NCBI GenBank assembly: GCA_965248195.1
Contig: CBDFIQ010000002.1
Span: forward strand, 2,272,001 to 2,336,000
Source of the DNA: Longimicrobiales bacterium
GTDB taxonomy: Bacteria; Gemmatimonadota; Gemmatimonadetes; Longimicrobiales; Gaopeijiaceae
Length of the DNA: 64,000 bases
Direction: 5' to 3'
This document shows positions 19,819 to 28,623 of this stretch, one piece after another. A model generated the notes under the pieces. It had not been told where the DNA came from, did no database searches, and saw only the letters and a program-made list of their open reading frames with translations. Position 1 is the first letter of the stretch; each line of letters starts with the position of its first letter. The position numbers and the translations under genes are program-made.

Positions 19819-22071
19819 TCAGAACAATCGTACCAACTTCAATCGCAACGCGCTATTCGGTGACACCAGGCCTCCGCTGAGGCCGGAAAGACCGACGGCC
19901 ATACCCCCGTCCCCGGTCCCGATGAGGAAATACGCGCCGGAAGAAGACCAAAGGCGCCCCTGGTCCGAGAAATCACCCGAGTCATGCACCGTGGGGGTCG
20001 AAGGGAACCCATCTCCACCCATTGCAAGAGCCTCCATCAGGTCGAAACCAAGGAAGAGAAGCTCACTGCGAAGGGGTAGGGCCCCTCGCACCGAGACCTG
20101 CCGCTCGAGCTCGAGCGCAGCACTCCAATCGGAAAAGAGATCGGCCCAGGCCCGACCCGTGACCGCCTCGACGTTGACCGTGCCCGTCGCGGTGGTGCCA
20201 GTCAATAAACGCAGCACGTTGTCGGTCCCAGCCTGTCCCCTCAGATATTCGACGAAGAGCCAAGCGGCACCACGCTCCGCCAGGCTGCCCTCCCCCGCGG
20301 AGAAAAGGAGGCTTACCTCGGATGGCTCTGTGAGAAAGAGGCTGGCGCGCCTCCGGTTTCCTCTCTGGTATTCGTCTGCCTGGCCCACTCTCCCTCGCCT
20401 TCGAAGTTCCTCTCCCACAAGGTCTTCAGCCATGTGAGCCAGTCCCTCCGAGAGCCAAACGGCCTCCCTATTCGAGGCCTCTTGCTCGATGAGCCTCTCA
20501 TTGTGATGGATCATGTGCTGAAATTCATGAGCAAGAACGGAAGGCACCGTGCTTCGCACCATTTCGGCATCCCATGCGTTTCCGTGTGCGCCCGTTGGAT
20601 CGGGAACGAAAACATAGAAGACCTCGCCCGCGTTGCTGTGCGCCAGTCCCGGCAACAGATCCAGCCCGAAGAAGAACCCTCCAATGAAATCGCTCGAACC
20701 GGGCGGCGACAATCGATTCACGCCCGGCGTGAAGAGGATGATGACACGACCGTTCCCATCCAAATCCGAGGGAAATCCAAAGGCCCCGGTGACCACCGGG
20801 TAGATGGGATCGTCGAAGAGGCCGGTGAAGAGTTCGACATTCTCTGGAGAGAGACTGAGCGCCGCGGTGATGTCTTCATACACGATGGCGCGCTCGGAGA
20901 CTAAGCGGACCCTGGCCGTAACCTGGTCGAATTCGCCATCGGCTCGCACCACGTCGAAATCCCTGAGATCACCGATGAAGGGGACCGCTCCAGCAGCGGG
21001 TCGATCCGCTCGCCCTCCGGTGGAAGCGGCGGCCCGGAGAGCGTCCTCTCGCTCCCGAAGAAAAAGGTCCCACTCGGCCTGCGCTGTGTTAAACGACCGC
21101 GCGCCTACGGTAATCGTGTCGCCTTCCCATGCCCGGGGCGATCGAGGCGTGACGACCCGCCGTGTGATATGGTCAGCAGGGCGGGCCCGAGGAGCACGAT
21201 CCGACCTAACCGCGACGAGGGTAGGGGCGGCCGGCCGAAGTCCCGTGAACGTGTAATCGAACCGAGCCGCCCCGATGGTAGCCCCGGACTGCACCACGGC
21301 GAGAAAATCCTGCGGCCCACCCGAGCCCACTTTTAGGCAGGCCGGTAGGTCCTGCGCCGAAAGCGTGGTGTCGGCCCCGAGCTCCAAGTTCAGGACGCCT
21401 CCCGACGCCGTCACGCTCAGTGGGAGTGAGGCGCTGGCCTCTCCACCAAGTTGCACCGACACGTCCACGGAGCGGGTGGGGAAGCACGGAGGCACAATGA
21501 CCTCGAGGCGGATGGCGTCTCCAGCAATCACCCGGCCAGGGATCCCAGAGAAGAGAACCACATTGTGGGCGGCGATCGCGCTGAAGTTCGTGCCGCTGAG
21601 TGTGATAACGTCGCCCGCGTTCACGGTGGCGGAAGAAAGCGCACCCAGGGTGGGGGGAAGCACCGCCCACGCCTCGAAGTCGACGGATTCTTCAGGGCGA
21701 TCTCGAATCGATGCCCGGACGACGTACCTCCCCAGGTCACTCCCGAGCCGAAGTCGCACCCTGGCCAACCCAGCAGAGTCGCTCGAGCTGGTCCGAGGGG
21801 TGAGTAGTGCACCCGGGGGCCCCGAAGCGATCTCCCAATCCACGAGAATCCCATCGGCGGGAAGGTCTCCATCCTCCGTCCGAACCGCCACCGTCAGCGA
21901 ATCGATCAAAAACTGCAACGGCGGGCCGAACTGACCCTCGCCTGTTACCGCAGTCAGCGTGATTTCCGTCGGGGAAGGCTCTGCGGGCCCACGTCTGAGG
22001 CATGTCGCCGGGGTAAGGGCAACGAGAGCGGCGAGTCCCGAGAGGACACGCCGCCGGAGCCGCAAGGTCAC
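19819..22071 (-). CDS. secreted lipoprotein with Ig-like/IPT-TIG domains and a zinc metallopeptidase (gluzincin, M30-like) domain
   Basis: Signal peptide ending ...TPATC; Big-1-like and IPT segments (GDVITLSGTNFS); LAHEFQHMIH...WLSEGLAHMAE. Confidence 0.78.
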   Translation of the reverse strand: MTLRLRRRVLSGLAALVALTPATCLRRGPAEPSPTEITLTAVTGEGQFGPPLQFLIDSLTVAVRTEDGDLPADGILVDWEIASGPPGALLTPRTSSSDSAGLARVRLRLGSDLGRYVVRASIRDRPEESVDFEAWAVLPPTLGALSSATVNAGDVITLSGTNFSAIAAHNVVLFSGIPGRVIAGDAIRLEVIVPPCFPTRSVDVSVQLGGEASASLPLSVTASGGVLNLELGADTTLSAQDLPACLKVGSGGPQDFLAVVQSGATIGAARFDYTFTGLRPAAPTLVAVRSDRAPRARPADHITRRVVTPRSPRAWEGDTITVGARSFNTAQAEWDLFLREREDALRAAASTGGRADRPAAGAVPFIGDLRDFDVVRADGEFDQVTARVRLVSERAIVYEDITAALSLSPENVELFTGLFDDPIYPVVTGAFGFPSDLDGNGRVIILFTPGVNRLSPPGSSDFIGGFFFGLDLLPGLAHSNAGEVFYVFVPDPTGAHGNAWDAEMVRSTVPSVLAHEFQHMIHHNERLIEQEASNREAVWLSEGLAHMAEDLVGEELRRRGRVGQADEYQRGNRRRASLFLTEPSEVSLLFSAGEGSLAERGAAWLFVEYLRGQAGTDNVLRLLTGTTATGTVNVEAVTGRAWADLFSDWSAALELERQVSVRGALPLRSELLFLGFDLMEALAMGGDGFPSTPTVHDSGDFSDQGRLWSSSGAYFLIGTGDGGMAVGLSGLSGGLVSPNSALRLKLVRLF

Positions 22072-22072
22072 G

Positions 22073-22461
22073 AGAGGCCTGTTGAAGGAGTTCAGTGGGC
22101 CGCGTTGGGGATGCCACGGCCCCAGGTCCTAGGCGGAGCGACGACGCCATAGCCGTAGCTACGGCTAGGAGCTCCAACAACGGGGGCACCGCGCGAAGCG
22201 TGGTCGGGGCCGTGCCACCCCAACCCTTCAGCGTGTAAGGTCATGCCATTCATGTTCGTGGGCACAGGGCGGTTGTGCGGTTGATCCTGCGTCTCTCCTC
22301 CTCGCCGTAGCGTTGCTACGCCTCGTCGTCGTTCGTTCTTCGCCTTCGGCTCAGGTGCCGCGAAAACCAATGTCGATCGCCGAACATCACGTCCGCGACG
22401 TTGTCTGAACGCGCACAAGCGCCCTGTGCGCGACCCGCTGTACTCCTTCAATAGGCCTCTA
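22073..22461. mobile_element. non-autonomous MITE/REPIN-like element, copy 2 (inverted, with a 65-bp insertion)
   Basis: TIRs AGAGGCCTGTTGAAGGAGTTCAG and CTGTACTCCTTCAATAGGCCTCT (21/23). Reverse complement of 10585-10905. Fills the intergenic gap. Confidence 0.85.
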
Positions 22462-23478
22462 TGGGATTCTATCGAGAGAAAGCAACTCGAGAATCGGACT
22501 GCCCGTGAGCCGCGCGGACCCGGTCCGTACGCGCCCAACGACCCGAATGCGCTCCAGCGGGCTGAGGCCCTGAGCCTCCTGCAGCCGCTCCGGCGGTATG
22601 GCTACATAAACGAATCCCTGATCGCCGTCCCCCATCCTCGTCAAAAGAAAAGGTTCGTCTGGATAGAAGTCCGCTCGGATCTCCTCAGCCCGTTCCAGTG
22701 AAATGAACTGAAGGTCCCACTGGAGTACCTCGCCGCGGTAATCGTCCGGTGCGGCCGCCAGGCTTTCGAGGGTCACGTCGGTGCGGATGGACGCCTCGAC
22801 GCCCCCGTCTGAGCCCTGAGGAAGCCATATCCACCCCTCCAAACGAACTCTGGCCCAGTTCCCCTCCCTAGCCAGGACTCGAAGATTCGTGCTCGGAGCC
22901 GAAACGGCCAGCGTGTCTCCGTCAGGGGCGCTGAGAATCGGAGCCTCGACCGAGCCACCTAGAGCCCATTCCTCGGCATCGGCCACGCTGGAGGGAACCG
23001 TGAGGCTGGACCGTTCCACGGAACCGGCTGAAGTATTCGAGCCGAACAAAACGACCGATCTTCTCCACACCCAGACTTCCCGACGCACCCGAGCCCAGCC
23101 GGGAACACGCTCGAGGGTCTCGAGAAGCACGCCCGGCTCCAGGCGGCCGAGGATCTCTCCCCCAGGCGTGCCTCGCAGGTTCTCGCCGCTGTCGGCCGAG
23201 AGGACCAGGTCAAACCTTCCGCGTTCGACCGCCCGAAGCGATCGAGTCCAGACCCATCCCTCGAGATCGAACTTGAGCCAGTCATCTGTCGCCTCGAGCA
23301 CTTCCAGACTCATGCCGGCCCGAAGCTGCCCCAGTAGTGTCCCGTTCTGCTGCGCACGGAAATTTTCCTCTTTCGTCAACGTCGCGGACTGGCCCTCAAC
23401 GAACTCGGCGAGGGCGCATAGGGGAAAGAGAATGCACAGGACCCAAGGAATCCGCAGACGCCGGGAACAGACAATCAT
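22459..23478 (-). CDS. secreted protein with three bacterial SH3-like repeats and a C-terminal OB-fold-like domain
   Basis: Signal peptide; repeated ENFR/ENLR..G..LG.L..G...W..V..EGW(V/I)W units. Confidence 0.72.
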   Translation of the reverse strand: MIVCSRRLRIPWVLCILFPLCALAEFVEGQSATLTKEENFRAQQNGTLLGQLRAGMSLEVLEATDDWLKFDLEGWVWTRSLRAVERGRFDLVLSADSGENLRGTPGGEILGRLEPGVLLETLERVPGWARVRREVWVWRRSVVLFGSNTSAGSVERSSLTVPSSVADAEEWALGGSVEAPILSAPDGDTLAVSAPSTNLRVLAREGNWARVRLEGWIWLPQGSDGGVEASIRTDVTLESLAAAPDDYRGEVLQWDLQFISLERAEEIRADFYPDEPFLLTRMGDGDQGFVYVAIPPERLQEAQGLSPLERIRVVGRVRTGSARLTGSPILELLSLDRIP

Positions 23479-23615
23479 TTTACTGAAACGATCCTCGACA
23501 GACGGTGTTGAAAGGACGATGCGGCCCGTAAAGTACGCGGCCGCTCGCTTTGACGAATGTGTTCAGGCAGGTGCCGGTCGTCAATTCCCCGTAACCGGAT
23601 TTTGCACACGCTTCC

Positions 23616-24317
23616 ATGCCCCACCCGAGACTCTTCACACCGCTGGTTCTGTTTCTCATCGCAGTCACGCGCTCCACTGCCGCCGGCCAGAACATTCCCT
23701 CCCCGTACACGTTCATCGAATATTCACAAGCATGGGCTGTGTTCGGAGGGAAGAGCTACCTCAATCCCGGCCAACTCGGGCTAGGCCCGCAGGACGCCGC
23801 CACGTACGGTGGACGCTACACCGTCGCTTTCGGCGGCGCCTTGAATTTGGACGTCGACGGCACATTGTTCCCTACCACACGGGATGTCCTCGATGTGTCG
23901 AGGCCGGTGGATGACCGCTCCCTCGGCAGGACCAACCTCAACATCGTCCTATTCGACCTCAAGCTTCGCATCAACCTAACGGGTCAGCGGGCATGGCATG
24001 GGCTCCAGCCTTTCATCATGTTCGGGGGAGGGTTGGCCCTCCCCGTAGCCACAGACCGCACCCTGGAGCTCGACTTGGACATGCCCAGGGACGAATGGTA
24101 TGAGTTCGGCAAGCGCTTTACCGGTTCCTTTGGCGGAGGCGCAAATTTTCACGTTTCCGACAAAATTTCCATCCGTCTGGACGGCGTGATGAACCTGTGG
24201 AAGATCATAACTCCAGTGGGATGGCAAACGGTCGCCGCCGACCCCCTCGGCGAAAATCTCGCCGGTGAATGGATCGCCATAAAAAACATCAGGGTCGGGG
24301 CCGCCTGGCGCTTTTGA
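23616..24317 (+). CDS. outer membrane beta-barrel protein
   Basis: Signal peptide, alternating beta-strand pattern (PFIMFGGG, GSFGGGANF), C-terminal ...VGAAWRF. Confidence 0.75.
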   Translation: MPHPRLFTPLVLFLIAVTRSTAAGQNIPSPYTFIEYSQAWAVFGGKSYLNPGQLGLGPQDAATYGGRYTVAFGGALNLDVDGTLFPTTRDVLDVSRPVDDRSLGRTNLNIVLFDLKLRINLTGQRAWHGLQPFIMFGGGLALPVATDRTLELDLDMPRDEWYEFGKRFTGSFGGGANFHVSDKISIRLDGVMNLWKIITPVGWQTVAADPLGENLAGEWIAIKNIRVGAAWRF

Positions 24318-24322
24318 GACGA

Positions 24323-25639
24323 ATGCCGGAATTCGAGTCTAGAACCGGGGATTGGCTTTCGTTCGACGAGGCCCGCGAACGTGTTCTCAACCTCCTCTCC
24401 CCCCTCCCCCCCGAGATCGTACCGCTCGAAGAGGCGCTCGGTCGCGCGCTGAGCCACGACGTCCTGGCACCCACGCAACTTCCTCCTTGGGACAACAGCG
24501 CCATGGACGGATATGCCGTCCGGGGGGACGACGTTGCTGGAGCCGCGAAGGACCACCCCGTCGTCCTCGCGGTCACCGGCGTGATCCATGCGGGAAAGCG
24601 CTTCGAAGGAGCCGTCGGCCCGGGCGAGGCCGTGAGAATCATGACGGGCGCCGAGGTCCCGAGCGGCGCCGACACCGTGGTTCGTGTGGAGGACACGGAT
24701 CGCGAAGAGACGGATGGCGGAAGCCTTCGGATCTACTCTGAGCGTGATCGAGGTCGCCATGTTCGACCGGCCGGTCAGGATTGGCCCGAGGGTGCCATCG
24801 CCCTAACCACCGGCACCGGCATCGGTCCCGGGCAGATCGCCGTACTGGCTGCGACCCGCGTATCGATGGTGTCGGTGCACCGCCGACCCACCGTCGCCAT
24901 TCTGGCGAGCGGCAATGAACTCGTCGACCTCGATCGCGCGTCGCTCGACCGCCACCAAATCCCAGAAAGTAATAGTCACTTCGCGTCCGCGGGCGTTCGG
25001 GCGGCGGGCGGGACGCCGATGCGCCTGGGCATCGCAAGGGATGACCGGGCCGACATACAGGACCATCTCGCCAGAGCTGCGGACGCCGACGTGCTCGTGA
25101 CCCTGGGCGGGGCCTCGATGGGAGAGGGAGATCTCTTTAAGACTGTTCTCGAGCACCTCGGCCTTGAGCTGGAATTCTGGCGAGTCAAGATCCGGCCCGG
25201 GAGCCCGATGAGCTTCGGGCATCTGCCCAGGGAGGGCCGCAGCAGCCAGGCGGTTTTCGGACTCCCGGGCAACCCAGCCTCCGCGTTCGTGACCTTCGAG
25301 TTGTTCGTCCGACCCTTCCTGCTAGCGCTCGCGGGCCACATCAGGCTCCACCGGCCGACGATCTCGGCGCTGGCGGCTGAAAATCTTACCACGGCGGAGG
25401 ACCTCACCGGATTTCTGCGTGTGCGTCTGAGCGGATCGGGTGCAGGGATGGAGGCCTCGCTCACTGGTCCGCAAGGCTCTGGGCTCGTCGGAAGTCTTGG
25501 AGCGGCACACGGGTTGGCGATCATCCCGGAGGGGGTGAAGGCGATTCCCCGTGGAGCGCCGGTTGCGGTGATGCTCCTCGACGATCCCCGTGGGACCCCC
25601 TCCACCGTGGCGGACCTGAGCCCAGGGACTGCGGGATGA
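24323..25639 (+). CDS. moeA: molybdopterin molybdenumtransferase MoeA
   Basis: PPWDNSAMDGYAV, RIMTGA.VP.GADTVV.VED, SGNEL, ESNS, GLPGNPAS. Confidence 0.95.
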   Translation: MPEFESRTGDWLSFDEARERVLNLLSPLPPEIVPLEEALGRALSHDVLAPTQLPPWDNSAMDGYAVRGDDVAGAAKDHPVVLAVTGVIHAGKRFEGAVGPGEAVRIMTGAEVPSGADTVVRVEDTDREETDGGSLRIYSERDRGRHVRPAGQDWPEGAIALTTGTGIGPGQIAVLAATRVSMVSVHRRPTVAILASGNELVDLDRASLDRHQIPESNSHFASAGVRAAGGTPMRLGIARDDRADIQDHLARAADADVLVTLGGASMGEGDLFKTVLEHLGLELEFWRVKIRPGSPMSFGHLPREGRSSQAVFGLPGNPASAFVTFELFVRPFLLALAGHIRLHRPTISALAAENLTTAEDLTGFLRVRLSGSGAGMEASLTGPQGSGLVGSLGAAHGLAIIPEGVKAIPRGAPVAVMLLDDPRGTPSTVADLSPGTAG

Positions 25640-26088
25640 TCCGCTTCTCCGGGCGAATGCTCGCCGCGACGACGGTGCTCGGAATGTTGGGATGTGGGCT
25701 TCCGCAATGGCCGGTCGAGGGACGCATCATCGCGCCATTCGGAGTCCGATGGCAGAGCAGTGGCCCCATCATCCATAGGGGTGTCGATATCGACGTGCCT
25801 ACCGGCACACCCGTGTACGCCATGTCGAGCGGAGAAGTAAGCTTCGCTGGCACCATGAGGGACTTCGGACTCGTGGTCTGGGTCGACCACGGAGACGCGA
25901 TTCTAACCGTTTACGCGCACCTTTCCGAGATTCTGGTGGTCGAGGGCCAGGCCGTCACGAGAGATGAGAGCCTTGGGCTCAGCGGGGAGTCGGGGAACGC
26001 CACCGGACCGCATCTGCACTTCGAGGTCCGGGGTCGCGGCCACCAGGTGGACCCCGTCGCGATGCTTGGAGGCCCTCCGGAGCAGTGA
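25636..26088 (+). CDS. M23 family metallopeptidase (lipoprotein)
   Basis: Lipobox MLGC; intact HRGVD, YAHLS and TGPHLHFEVR. Confidence 0.9.
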   Translation: MIRFSGRMLAATTVLGMLGCGLPQWPVEGRIIAPFGVRWQSSGPIIHRGVDIDVPTGTPVYAMSSGEVSFAGTMRDFGLVVWVDHGDAILTVYAHLSEILVVEGQAVTRDESLGLSGESGNATGPHLHFEVRGRGHQVDPVAMLGGPPEQ

Positions 26089-26129
26089 CTAACGGACGCC
26101 GACAGCCAGTAAACGACGACCCTCTGAGC

Positions 26130-27116
26130 CTACTCCTCGGCGCGTAAGGCCGCGATCTCCGCTGTGAGCCTCGGGAGGACTTCGAACGCGTCGCCCACGA
26201 TACCGTAATCCGCTACCGAGAAGATCGGAGCGTCGGGATCCTTGTTTATGGCCACGATCGTTTGAGAAGTTCTCATTCCGGTGAGGTGCTGGATAGCACC
26301 CGAAATACCGACGGCAAAATAGAGTTTCGGTGCGACGGTCTTGCCCGTCTGACCCACCTCTTCGCTGTGAGGCCGCCATCCCGCGTCCACGACGGGCCTC
26401 GAAGCGCCCAACGCGGTACCGGGGCCTAGAGCGTGCTGCAGATCCTCGAGGAGGCTCCAATGCTCCGGCCCCTTCATGCCCCGTCCACCCGACACGATCA
26501 CGCTGGCTTCCGACATGTCGACCGACCCGCTCTCGGCGGCCTGAAAGTCCACGATCCGTGTCCGAACGGAGTCAGGAATGGCCGCGCGGAAAGTTTCGGT
26601 CCGTCCCTCCGCCTGAGATCCGTTGGTACCGAAAGCGTTGGGCCTCAAGGAGAGGACGGCTGGAGACGCATCGAACCCGACCCGAGCGATCGCCTTACCG
26701 CTGTAGATAGGCCGTAAGGCCACGAGCACGCCGCCGTCCACCTCCAGACGCGTGACGTCGGAGGCGAGGGGGGCATCGATCAGAGCCGCCACACGGGGCG
26801 CGAGGTCCTTGCCCAGCGCCGTCGCCGCGAAAAGCACGGCCGTGTAGTCGTGTGAACCGACTGCCTCCGCGATGACCGCGGCATGAATCTCCGGCACATA
26901 ACCCTCCAGTGCGAGGTCCTCGCCGACGCGCACCACATCTGCTCCGAAGCCCCCCAGGTCACCGGCATGCTCTCCGACCCCGGCTCCACCCAGGACCAGC
27001 GCATGGGCCGAGCCTCCGAGCCCCCTGGAGACCACGGCGGCCGCCGTAACCACCTCGTTGGCAACGGGACGGATCTTCCCATCTCTTTGCTCGGCAATGG
27101 CGAGCACGTCGCCCAT
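26130..27116 (-). CDS. etfA: electron transfer flavoprotein alpha subunit
   Basis: VSGGRGM, GASRPVVDAGW, VGQTGK.VAPKLY, GISGAIQH, AINKDPDAPIF. Confidence 0.95.
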   Translation of the reverse strand: MGDVLAIAEQRDGKIRPVANEVVTAAAVVSRGLGGSAHALVLGGAGVGEHAGDLGGFGADVVRVGEDLALEGYVPEIHAAVIAEAVGSHDYTAVLFAATALGKDLAPRVAALIDAPLASDVTRLEVDGGVLVALRPIYSGKAIARVGFDASPAVLSLRPNAFGTNGSQAEGRTETFRAAIPDSVRTRIVDFQAAESGSVDMSEASVIVSGGRGMKGPEHWSLLEDLQHALGPGTALGASRPVVDAGWRPHSEEVGQTGKTVAPKLYFAVGISGAIQHLTGMRTSQTIVAINKDPDAPIFSVADYGIVGDAFEVLPRLTAEIAALRAEE

Positions 27117-27134
27117 GTCACCCTTCTCGTGTCA

Positions 27135-27896
27135 TCAGAGGACGTTCGCTTCGTCACGAAGGAGCTGCACCAATTCGGGCACGGCCTCAGCCCCTTCGCC
27201 GATGATCCGCCCATCGGCTCGCTCCGGTGGATAGTCGAGCCGCTCGACTGTTAACCGGGCCACCGGAAGATCGGCGTCCTTCACTTCGAGCGGTTTCCGC
27301 TTGGCGGCCATAATCCCCTTGAGCGAGGGGTACCGTAGCTCGAACGCTCCCTTCGTGACGGTCACGACCGCCGGAAGATCCAGCTCCACCACCTCGGTGC
27401 CCCCCTCCACGTCTCGATCACACCGTATCACGCCCTCGTCCACCACGAAGCTCGCAACGTTGGACGCGCACGGGCGACCAAGCAGCGTCGCCACTATCAG
27501 GCCGACCTGCTGTTGATCGTGGTCTCCGGCCTTCACGCCGAAGAGCACGAGCTGCTCCTCTCGGGTCTCGAGCTCCGTCGCCAGAGCCTTGGCCGTGGCG
27601 AGCCCGTCCATCGTGACGGCCCCCTGGACTCGCAGCAGTACCGCAGCATCCGCCCCGGCCGCAAGAGCCGCTCGGAGCGTCTCCAGGGAATCCTCGTCAC
27701 CGAGGGTGATGACGGTGACCTGGCCCTCCGCTCTCGCCTCGGTGGTGCGGAAGGCGGCCTCGAGCGCGAGCTCGTCATACGGGCTCACGATGTACTTGAC
27801 CCCTTCGGGCTGGATCACCGTGGCGCCATCGGAAAAGCGGACGTGCGTCTCGGTATCCGGAACCCGCTTTATGCAGACGATGATATCCAAGCTCAC
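27135..27896 (-). CDS. etfB: electron transfer flavoprotein beta subunit
   Basis: IIVCIKRVPDTE, PYDE.ALEAA, RYPSLKGIMAAKRKP. Confidence 0.95.
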   Translation of the reverse strand: MSLDIIVCIKRVPDTETHVRFSDGATVIQPEGVKYIVSPYDELALEAAFRTTEARAEGQVTVITLGDEDSLETLRAALAAGADAAVLLRVQGAVTMDGLATAKALATELETREEQLVLFGVKAGDHDQQQVGLIVATLLGRPCASNVASFVVDEGVIRCDRDVEGGTEVVELDLPAVVTVTKGAFELRYPSLKGIMAAKRKPLEVKDADLPVARLTVERLDYPPERADGRIIGEGAEAVPELVQLLRDEANVL

Positions 27897-27931
27897 TCAC
27901 TGGCTGCAGTACAACGACTTGGCAAGGAAAT

Positions 27932-28603
27932 CTATGGGGCTGACAAAGGCCCCTCAAGCGGCGCTGACCGGCGCACGCGGGACACAGAGACGTTCCCTCG
28001 AACGGAAAAGTGGAGCGGCCAGTCCTTAGCCCGGCTGACGCCGACGCGGGGAGACACGTCGATCGACCCGGGCGGGATCGACCAGCCGGGAAGAAGCCTC
28101 AGAGGAGGTGACGACAGGTCGTGCCCGTCCAAGGCATCGGTGATTCCGAACGCCTTTCCCGCACGCCCGGGGCCCGAGGCCAAATCCCGCTCGCGACCTC
28201 TCCGAGCTGCCATGACGCCTAAGCCCTCGATCGGTTCCACGGCCCGTAGGAGCACGGCACAGGGGTCACCTATCGCGCCAGTAACCACGTTCAGGCACCA
28301 ATGGACCCCATAGCTCAGGTAGACGTAGGCGGTTCCCGGTGGCCCAAACATGGCGGCGTTACGTCGCGTCCGACCGATACGGGCCGCTGCGTGGGAAGCA
28401 GGATCATCCGGGCCGGTGTAAGCTTCGACTTCGACGATGATGCCTGTCGCTCGTCGACCGTCGACCGTCGACACGAGTCGTGCACCAAGTAGATCAGGGG
28501 CTACGCTCTTCGCGGGACGAGCGAAAAAAGCGCGGTCGAACGTACCCCACCCTGGGGTGCCCCTCCAGAGAGAGGGCGGCAGCACTCCCGGCGAGGTCCC
28601 CAT
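27932..28603 (-). CDS. mpg: DNA-3-methyladenine glycosylase (MPG/AAG family); start uncertain
   Basis: IVEVEAY.G.DDPASH, MFGPPG.AYVY.SYG.HWCLNVV, AVLLRA.EP, GPG, PRVGV. Confidence 0.9.
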   Translation of the reverse strand: MGTSPGVLPPSLWRGTPGWGTFDRAFFARPAKSVAPDLLGARLVSTVDGRRATGIIVEVEAYTGPDDPASHAAARIGRTRRNAAMFGPPGTAYVYLSYGVHWCLNVVTGAIGDPCAVLLRAVEPIEGLGVMAARRGRERDLASGPGRAGKAFGITDALDGHDLSSPPLRLLPGWSIPPGSIDVSPRVGVSRAKDWPLHFSVRGNVSVSRVRRSAPLEGPLSAP

Positions 28604-28623
28604 TTCAGGTGTCCGTGCAGGAC

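Noticed and set aside
22092..22538. ORFs spanning the repeat elements (22092-22538, 21737-22189, 10748-11023, 10320-10643) that share peptide similarity
   Set aside because: The similarity only reflects the DNA repeat. Frames are not preserved between copies and there is no transposase motif.
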